Part shown: positions 57,869 through 64,000 of the stretch, piece by piece | How positions within the stretch are numbered: position 1 is the stretch's first letter | Layout: each line of letters starts with the position of its first letter | DNA from: Gemmatimonas sp. | GTDB lineage: Bacteria > Gemmatimonadota > Gemmatimonadetes > Gemmatimonadales > Gemmatimonadaceae | Length of the DNA: 64,000 nucleotides | Direction of reading: 5' to 3' | Assembly: GCA_031414535.1 (NCBI GenBank) | Contig: JANNVQ010000041.1 | Location: 32,001 to 96,000 of the forward strand | The notes under the pieces: generated by a model | Database searches by the model: none | What the model was told of the DNA's origin: nothing | What the model saw: the letters and a program-made list of their open reading frames with translations, nothing else | Translations under genes and position numbers: made by a program

Positions 57869-59418
57869 ATCATCTCGGTTCGCGGATCCTGATTCTCGAT
57901 TGCGGTTCACAATTCACGCAGCTCATTGCTCGACGCGTCCGCGAGGCGCGGGTGTTCTCGGAGATTCATCCGCCCACGCGTTCCATCGAGTGGATTCGTG
58001 AGTGGAAGCCTACGGCCATCATCCTCTCGGGCGGCCCAAGCTCCGTGACGGACGATGGGGCACCGAACTTCGACCCAGCCATTCTCGACCTCGCTCCGGT
58101 GTTGGGGGTGTGCTATGGCATGCAGTGGATTGCCCACGTCTCTGGTGGACAAGTGAAGGGCGGCGGGCATCGCGAGTATGGCCGCGCCGAGATTGAGGTG
58201 AAGGAGACGGGCGGATTGTTCGCGGGCTTCGACAAGCACGAGCGTTCGATTGTCTGGATGAGCCACGGTGACCATGTGGAAGTGGTGCCCAAAGGCTACG
58301 TCCTCACGGCCTCCAGCGATGGCAATCCGGTGGTGGCATTCCGTCACGAGACGAAGCCGATTCACGCTGTGCAGTTTCACGCCGAGGTGGCGCACTCTGT
58401 TCGTGGCGCGGAGATCATCCAGAACTTCCTGTTTGGCATCGCCGGGGCGAAGCCCGATTGGACGCCCGGGCACTTCATCGAGCAGGAAGTGGCGCGAATC
58501 AAGGCTCTCGTCGGTGATGCGCAGGTCATCTGCGGCCTGTCTGGCGGTGTGGACTCATCGGTAGCGGCTGCCCTCGTGCACCGCGCGATTGGCGATCAGC
58601 TCACGTGCATTTTCGTGGACACGGGCTTGCTGCGCCTGCACGAGCGCGAGCAAGTGGAGCGCACGATGGGCCAGCACCTTGGCATCAAACTGGTGACGGT
58701 GCGCGCCGAGGATCGCTTCTTGAATGCGCTCTCAGGACTCGACGACCCTGAGAAGAAGCGCAAGGCGATTGGGCACACCTTCATTGATGTGTTTGAGGAT
58801 GCGTCGGCCAAGGAAGGGAAGGACGCCAAGTATCTCGTGCAGGGCACGCTGTATCCGGACGTGATTGAGTCCGTGAGTGCGAAGGGCGGCCCCAGCGCGA
58901 CGATTAAGACGCATCACAATGTGGGCGGGCTGAAGCCGGATATGATGTTCAAGCTCATTGAGCCGCTGCGCGAGCTGTTCAAGGACGAAGTGCGCAATGT
59001 GGGACGCGAACTCGGGCTGCCTGAGGAGATGGTGGGCCGTCATCCGTTCCCGGGCCCCGGCTTGGCGATTCGTGTGCTCGGCGCCGTGGACCCAGTCAAC
59101 GTCGATACCCTGCGACGGGCCGATGCCATCTACCTCGAAGAGATTCGTGCTGCGGGCCTCTACAATGAGATTTGGCAAGCATTCGCGGTGTTTCTGCCGG
59201 TGCGGAGCGTCGGCGTGATGGGCGACGGTCGCACCTATGAGCATGTGATTGCGCTGCGCGCGGTGACGTCCACGGATGGTATGACCGCCGATTGGTATCC
59301 GTTTCCGTACGATGTACTCGCGCGTATCTCCAACCGCATCATTCGGGAAGTGAAGGGGATTAATCGCGTGGTGTACGACATCAGCTCGAAGCCGCCCGCG
59401 ACGATTGAGTGGGAGTAG
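57865..59418 (+). CDS. guaA: GMP synthase (glutamine-hydrolysing)
   Basis: [59 protein letters not shown]; start may be 57856. Confidence 0.97.
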   Translation: MNHLGSRILILDCGSQFTQLIARRVREARVFSEIHPPTRSIEWIREWKPTAIILSGGPSSVTDDGAPNFDPAILDLAPVLGVCYGMQWIAHVSGGQVKGGGHREYGRAEIEVKETGGLFAGFDKHERSIVWMSHGDHVEVVPKGYVLTASSDGNPVVAFRHETKPIHAVQFHAEVAHSVRGAEIIQNFLFGIAGAKPDWTPGHFIEQEVARIKALVGDAQVICGLSGGVDSSVAAALVHRAIGDQLTCIFVDTGLLRLHEREQVERTMGQHLGIKLVTVRAEDRFLNALSGLDDPEKKRKAIGHTFIDVFEDASAKEGKDAKYLVQGTLYPDVIESVSAKGGPSATIKTHHNVGGLKPDMMFKLIEPLRELFKDEVRNVGRELGLPEEMVGRHPFPGPGLAIRVLGAVDPVNVDTLRRADAIYLEEIRAAGLYNEIWQAFAVFLPVRSVGVMGDGRTYEHVIALRAVTSTDGMTADWYPFPYDVLARISNRIIREVKGINRVVYDISSKPPATIEWE

Positions 59419-59425
59419 GCTGAAG

Positions 59426-59567
59426 CCGGAACTGCTTCACCACGAAGGCAAGAAGGGAGCCGTGACAATCTTTCGGCCCCGCGCTCCCAAGAGGCCCTTC
59501 TTCTTGTGGTGTCGCGGGGCCGAGTATATGCACTGAGCCCTTCGTGCCTTCGAGGTGAACGCCGTTA
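59426..59567. repeat. MITE/REP-like inverted-repeat element, copy 1
   Basis: Arms TTCACCACGAAGGCAAGAAGGG (59436-59457) and CCCTTCGTGCCTTCGAGGTGAA (59538-59559), 20 of 22 matches; inner stem TCGGCCCCGCG/CGCGGGGCCGA; flanks CCGGAACTGC and GCCGTTA. Confidence 0.8.
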
Positions 59568-59569
59568 GC

Positions 59570-59595
59570 TTCCGTCTTCCGTCATCCGTCCCGTC
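59570..59595 (+). repeat. Heptamer element, solo right arm (TTCCGTC TTCCGTC ATCCGTC CCGTC)
   Basis: Lies just before the MATE start and next to the element at 59426-59567. Confidence 0.75.
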
Positions 59596-59600
59596 CCCAA

Positions 59601-60965
59601 GTGAACCTCGCCACACTCCGCCCCACGAAGTCTGAGTTGATTGAAATGGCCCGCCTGGCCACCCCGATCGTGCTCGTGAACCTCGGCATGCAGAGCATGG
59701 GTCTCGTGGACGCCATCATGCTCGGGCGCGTCTCCTCGGCGGCGCTCGCCGCTGGTGGACTCGGCAATTTCTATTTCTGGGTCGTGTCCATCATTGGCAT
59801 CGGCATTTTGATGGCGTTGGATCCCGTCATTGCCCAAGGCGTGGGCGCCAAAGATGAGGCACAGATTGCGCGTGGCATACAGCGGGGCGTCGTGATGACG
59901 GCTATCATCGCGGTGATCGTGTCGCTGCTCTTCCTGCCCGCGCGGCCGTTGCTGGAGTTGTTGCGGCAACCGGAGGAAGTCGTGCCGCTCGCGGCGGCCT
60001 ATGTGCTCTGGAGCATTCCCGGAATGCTGCCGTTCTTTGCCTTCAACATGCTCCGCCAGACGCTGCAGGCTTTCCATCGGGTAGGCCCCGTAGTCGTCGG
60101 CGCGATCGTGGGAAACCTTGTAAATGGGTTTCTCAACTGGGTGCTGATTTACGGCAATCTGGGATTTACGGCGCGAGGGGTGGTCGGCTCGTCCATTGCG
60201 ACGAGTGTTTCACGATGGGTGATGGCGCTCGTCGTCTTGGCAGCGGCGTGGCCCACCGTTAAGCCCTATCTCACACGGTGGCATCGTGAAAGCTTGGCGC
60301 TCGCGCCGCTCATGCGGATGTTCCGCCTTGGCTTTCCTGTGGGCATGCAATTCTTCGCCGAGGCGGGAGCCTTTGGCTTGACCACTGTGATGACGGGGTG
60401 GATGGGGACGTCGGTGCTCGCTGGGCACGAGATTGCTCTAAGCCTCGCGTCCATGACCTTCATGGTGCCGATGGGGGTGGCCGCCGCCGCTGCGGTGATG
60501 GTGGGTCACGCCATTGGCCGTGGTGACGTGGCCGCCTCGCGTCGCGATGCGGTGGCTGCACTGGTAGTCGGCGTAGGCTTCATGGCGGGCTGTGCCTTGC
60601 TCTTCGCTATTATTCCAGAAGCGCTTGCAAGCGCCTACACGCGAGACGCGACGACCTTTGCCTTAGCCGCAACACTCATTCCGATTGCGGCGGTGTTCCA
60701 AGTCTTTGACGGAACACAGGTCATTTGCTCAAGCATCCTGCGCGGCGCTGGTGACACGCGGGTGCCGGCTATCTTGCACGCGCTGAGCTTCTGGGCCGTC
60801 GGCATACCGCTGGGCGCGCTGATTGCCTTTACGTTCAAGCAGGGTGCGGCTGGCCTGTGGTGGGGACTCACGGCAGGTCTCGCGGCGGCGGCGGTACTAC
60901 AGCTTCACCGCGTGAGGCTCAAGCTCGGCAGGGATATCGCACGCGTCATGGTTGACGCGCACTAG
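59601..60965 (+). CDS. MATE-family efflux transporter (NorM-like)
   Basis: [36 protein letters not shown]; about 12 TM segments. Confidence 0.92.
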   Translation: MNLATLRPTKSELIEMARLATPIVLVNLGMQSMGLVDAIMLGRVSSAALAAGGLGNFYFWVVSIIGIGILMALDPVIAQGVGAKDEAQIARGIQRGVVMTAIIAVIVSLLFLPARPLLELLRQPEEVVPLAAAYVLWSIPGMLPFFAFNMLRQTLQAFHRVGPVVVGAIVGNLVNGFLNWVLIYGNLGFTARGVVGSSIATSVSRWVMALVVLAAAWPTVKPYLTRWHRESLALAPLMRMFRLGFPVGMQFFAEAGAFGLTTVMTGWMGTSVLAGHEIALSLASMTFMVPMGVAAAAAVMVGHAIGRGDVAASRRDAVAALVVGVGFMAGCALLFAIIPEALASAYTRDATTFALAATLIPIAAVFQVFDGTQVICSSILRGAGDTRVPAILHALSFWAVGIPLGALIAFTFKQGAAGLWWGLTAGLAAAAVLQLHRVRLKLGRDIARVMVDAH

Positions 60966-62503
60966 CGTCGCCGGCTGCCGCCAAGGAGCCCGCCGAGTAC
61001 TCCGCGCAGGATGGAGCGCGAGATGGCAGTGCCCGTAGAACGTGCCGCGCTCTTGGCCATGATGTCTACGAGACCATCGCGCTTACCGCCGCGGGGCCCC
61101 GTACTTCCGAACAGCAGCCCGCCGAGTGCTCCGGCGATTCCTCCGGCTGCAGTCGCCGCAGCATTCCCACCACCGCTTGCGGTCGGATTGCTCGCACCGC
61201 CCCCAGCACCGCCGTTAGCCGGCGCACTCTCGGCGCGAGCCTTCAGCATCTCAAACGCCGAGTCCCGGTCCACCTGCTTCTCGTACACTTCTGCGACCAC
61301 GGACTGCGCGAGTACGCCAGCGCGCTCCTCGGCGGACATCGGACCGATGCGGCTCCCCGGTGCCATCATCCACACGCGTTCGGTGATGCCGGGCGTGCCT
61401 TTGGCATCGAGCAGAGATACCAACGCTTCGCCCACGGAGAGTTCGAGGATGGCCTGTTCGATGTTGAGCGAGGGGTTGGGCCGCATGGTCTCTGCCGTAG
61501 CGCGCACGGCCTTTTGATCACGCGGCGTGAATGCGCGTAAGGCGTGTTGAATGCGATTGCCGAGCTGCCCCAACACCTTCTCGGGGATGTCCATCGGATT
61601 CTGTGTCACGAAGTACACGCCCACGCCTTTGGAGCGGATAAGGCGCACGACGAGCTCCACCTTTTCGAGCAGTGCCGCTGGAGCGTCGGCAAACAGCAAG
61701 TGCGCTTCGTCAAAGAAAAACACCAGCTTCGGCTTCTCGAGATCACCAACTTCGGGCAGGTTCTCGTACAACTCGCTCAGGAGCCAGAGCAGCGTGCAGG
61801 CGTAGAGGCGCGGGTTATGCATCAATTGGTCGGCCGCGAGAATATTCACCACGCCCTTGCCGTCCACGGTCTGCATCAGGTCATCGATGTTGAGCATGGG
61901 CTCACCAAAGAATGACTCGGCACCTTGCTGCTCAAGTTGCAACAGTCCACGCTGGATGGCGCCGATGCTGGCAGCGGACACGTTCCCGTACTGCGTCTTA
62001 AACTCCGCTGCGTTGTCGCCCACGAACTGCAACATGGAGCGTAAATCCTTCAAGTCCAGCAGCAGCAAGCCGTTGTCGTCTGCCACCTGGAAGCAGATGG
62101 CCAGCACTCCTTCCTGCGTGTCGTTCAGGTTGAGCAGCCGAGAGAGGAGGAGGGGCCCCATGTCGGAGATGGTCGCGCGCACCGGGTGGCCCTGCTTCCC
62201 GAACACATCCCAGCATGTGACGGGGCAGGCACCAAATGCTGGCTCAGGGAGTCCGAGCTTGGCGAGGCGTTCCTGCAACTTGGGGCTCATCTGGCCGGCG
62301 TGTGCAATGCCGCCGAGGTCGCCCTTCACGTCGGCGAGGAACACGGGCACGCCAATGCGAGAGAAGTGCTCCGTGAGGACCTGAAGCGAAATCGTCTTGC
62401 CGGTGCCGGTGGCGCCCGTGATGCAGCCGTGGCGGTTGGCGAGGGCAGGGAGCATCGCGAGTTCGGTGCTCGCGTTCTTGGCGATTGTCAGTGGGTTGGC
62501 CAT
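60962..62503 (-). CDS. DUF853/YjgR HerA-like P-loop ATPase
   Basis: [53 protein letters not shown]. Confidence 0.92.
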   Translation of the reverse strand: MANPLTIAKNASTELAMLPALANRHGCITGATGTGKTISLQVLTEHFSRIGVPVFLADVKGDLGGIAHAGQMSPKLQERLAKLGLPEPAFGACPVTCWDVFGKQGHPVRATISDMGPLLLSRLLNLNDTQEGVLAICFQVADDNGLLLLDLKDLRSMLQFVGDNAAEFKTQYGNVSAASIGAIQRGLLQLEQQGAESFFGEPMLNIDDLMQTVDGKGVVNILAADQLMHNPRLYACTLLWLLSELYENLPEVGDLEKPKLVFFFDEAHLLFADAPAALLEKVELVVRLIRSKGVGVYFVTQNPMDIPEKVLGQLGNRIQHALRAFTPRDQKAVRATAETMRPNPSLNIEQAILELSVGEALVSLLDAKGTPGITERVWMMAPGSRIGPMSAEERAGVLAQSVVAEVYEKQVDRDSAFEMLKARAESAPANGGAGGGASNPTASGGGNAAATAAGGIAGALGGLLFGSTGPRGGKRDGLVDIMAKSAARSTGTAISRSILRGVLGGLLGGSRRR

Positions 62504-62531
62504 ACCGAATTGTGGCACGCGCGATCGGAAT

Positions 62532-62686
62532 CCGGAACTGCATTAACCACGGAGGCACGGAGACACGGAGACAGCGTGAGGAAAGCTCTGGGGGCTCGTA
62601 CCGAAGAATCGGTGCGAGCCCCCCAGGGAAGAGTTGCTGCCGTGGCAGTCTCTGAGCCTCTGTGCCTCTGTGGTGAACCGCCGTTA
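62532..62686. repeat. MITE/REP-like inverted-repeat element, copy 2
   Basis: Arms ACCACGGAGGCACGGAGACACGGAGAC (62546-62572) and GTCTCTGAGCCTCTGTGCCTCTGTGGT (62648-62674); inner hairpin 62588-62626; same flanks CCGGAACTGC and GCCGTTA as copy 1. Confidence 0.82.
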
Positions 62687-63136
62687 AAGCCCCTTCGCCC
62701 CAATCAGCTCCATGAACTCCTTGGGGTCCGTGATGGACATCAGCTTGTCCGGCACGTCGCCCTCCTTTGAGAACTGGGCAATCTTGCCGAGCACCGGGAG
62801 GTATTGATTGGACACCTCAAGCGGCGGCGCCACAATCAGAAAGAAGAAATGCACCGGCTTGTCGTCGAGCGCCCTGAAGTCCACGCCAGCCTTCTTGCGC
62901 CCAAAGGCGACGCGAAGCCTGCTCACGACCATGGAGCGGCAGTGTGGGATTGCGATGCCACGACCCATGCCCGTGCTCCCGAGGTTTTCTCGGCGCTTGA
63001 GCATCTTGAAGAGCGTGGCCTCGTCCTTTTCGTCGAGGCGAAGGAGCGAGATGAGCTCCTTGAGGATGTCGTCCTTCGAGGTGCCCGCGAGGTCTAGCTG
63101 GATCGCGTCCTCGGCAAAGAATTCCCGGAGTTCCAT
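62684..63136 (-). CDS. PTS EIIA component (PtsN/fructose-mannitol type)
   Basis: RENLGSTGMGRGIAIPHCR phospho-His motif; GVDF, KPVHFFFLI. Confidence 0.92.
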   Translation of the reverse strand: MELREFFAEDAIQLDLAGTSKDDILKELISLLRLDEKDEATLFKMLKRRENLGSTGMGRGIAIPHCRSMVVSRLRVAFGRKKAGVDFRALDDKPVHFFFLIVAPPLEVSNQYLPVLGKIAQFSKEGDVPDKLMSITDPKEFMELIGAKGL

Positions 63137-63142
63137 GAGCCA

Positions 63143-63171
63143 AGTCTAACCGACCCGGTGAAGTAGGTCAA
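63143..63171 (-). promoter_or_regulatory. Promoter of the (probably leaderless) PTS EIIA gene
   Basis: Minus strand TTGACC-N17-TAGACT-N6-ATG. Confidence 0.65.
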
Positions 63172-63180
63172 ATGGTTGTA

Positions 63181-63209
63181 TTGCAAGCGTTTGGACAGCC
63201 TCGTAGCTT
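63181..63209 (+). promoter_or_regulatory. Promoter of (probably leaderless) dusB
   Basis: TTGCAA-N17-TAGCTT-N7-ATG. Confidence 0.65.
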
Positions 63210-63216
63210 TCCCGTG

Positions 63217-64000
63217 ATGCGCTTCCCATACCCGTCCGGCTCGTCCCCCGTCCCCATTTTCCTGGCCCCGATGGCAGGCGTCTCGGAATCCCCATTCCGG
63301 CGCCTGTGCCGAGCCTGGGGCGCGGATGTCGTGGTGACGGAGTTTCTGTCCGCCGAGGGCATCCGGCGCGAAAATGAAGCGACGATCGCTAAGCTGCGCT
63401 TCTCGCAAGACGAGCACCCAATCGGGGTGCAGATCTTTGGCGCCGAGCCGGATGCAATGCGCGAGGCGGCCGCGTTGGTGACCGATGTGTTCCAGCCCGA
63501 CTACATCGACATCAACTTCGGCTGTCCGGTGAAGAAGGTGGTCAAGCGCAACGGTGGCTCAGGTTGCCTGCGCGACCTCGACCTCGTGCAGACCGTGATT
63601 CGCAGCGTCATCAGCGGTACGCACCTGCCTGTGACCTGCAAGATTCGCAGCGGATGGAGCGAGGAGATGCGCGATCCTGTGAAGATTGCGCTCAAGTGCC
63701 AAGAGGCTGGCGTTCGTGCCATTGCGCTGCACCCGCGCACGCGCACGCAGATGTATACCGGCGCCGCGCGATGGGAGGAGATTGCGATGGTGAAGGAGGC
63801 CGTGGAGATTCCGGTGATTGGGAACGGGGACATCAAAACTGCCGAGGACGCGCATCGCATGTACCGCGAGACGGGCTGCGACGCTGTGATGATTGCGCGC
63901 GGCTCGTTTGGCCAGCCATGGATCTTCAAGCAGACGCGCGCGCTACTAGATGGCCTGCCGATGCCAGAGACCCCGGGTGTGGAGGAGCGCTTCCGCATCG
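63217..64000 (+). CDS. dusB: tRNA-dihydrouridine synthase (3'-partial; absent from the ORF track)
   Basis: Manual translation MRFPYPSGSSPVPIFLAPMAGVSESPFRR...VQIFG...IDINFGCPVKK...KIRSGW...HPRT...IGNGDI...MIARG. Confidence 0.93.
   Translation, partial: MRFPYPSGSSPVPIFLAPMAGVSESPFRRLCRAWGADVVVTEFLSAEGIRRENEATIAKLRFSQDEHPIGVQIFGAEPDAMREAAALVTDVFQPDYIDINFGCPVKKVVKRNGGSGCLRDLDLVQTVIRSVISGTHLPVTCKIRSGWSEEMRDPVKIALKCQEAGVRAIALHPRTRTQMYTGAARWEEIAMVKEAVEIPVIGNGDIKTAEDAHRMYRETGCDAVMIARGSFGQPWIFKQTRALLDGLPMPETPGVEERFRI

Noticed and set aside
60962..62503. HerA-like ATPase as part of an anti-phage system
   Set aside because: It matches the widespread stand-alone DUF853/YjgR family and has no adjacent nuclease, SIR2 or other defence partner.

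Overview
A high-GC bacterial core-genome segment of about 60 CDS, mostly on the + strand. The gene order rplM-rpsI-rpsB-tsf-pyrH-frr, the archaeal/eukaryal-type ProRS and the protein styles suggest the FCB group, probably Gemmatimonadota (inference). Main blocks: folD-xseA-xseB-ispA-dxs-nadK-recN; a small mixed patch (secreted putative beta-barrel, GH125-like protein, class-V aminotransferase, Fluc, DUF1905, PPC lipoprotein, tRNA-Gly and tRNA-Leu); M20 hydrolase-asd-lysC-dapB-dapA-dapD-aroA-cmk; a CLC transporter; rpsA; a DUF3494 ice-binding-like lipoprotein; an acyl-CoA carboxylase operon with an embedded RNA m5U methyltransferase; the translation/lipid cluster through rseP; rpsO-pnp-M16-ald; mreBCD-mrdA-rodA; accD-folC-hisS-proS-lysA-phosphoesterase-guaA-MATE; DUF853 ATPase, PTS EIIA and partial dusB. 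I found no transposase, integrase, prophage, CRISPR array or rRNA. The most unusual signals are non-coding: (i) five intergenic elements built from GACGGAW heptamer arms; (ii) two MITE/REP-like inverted-repeat elements with shared termini; (iii) a pyrimidine-rich tandem-repeat tract; (iv) a recurring -10-box/5-9 nt/ATG layout suggesting widespread leaderless mRNAs. Notable proteins are a CLC with a non-canonical GMNVP selectivity motif, the ice-binding-like lipoprotein and a probable context-defined DapE. All assignments come from motif recognition by eye, with no database searches.
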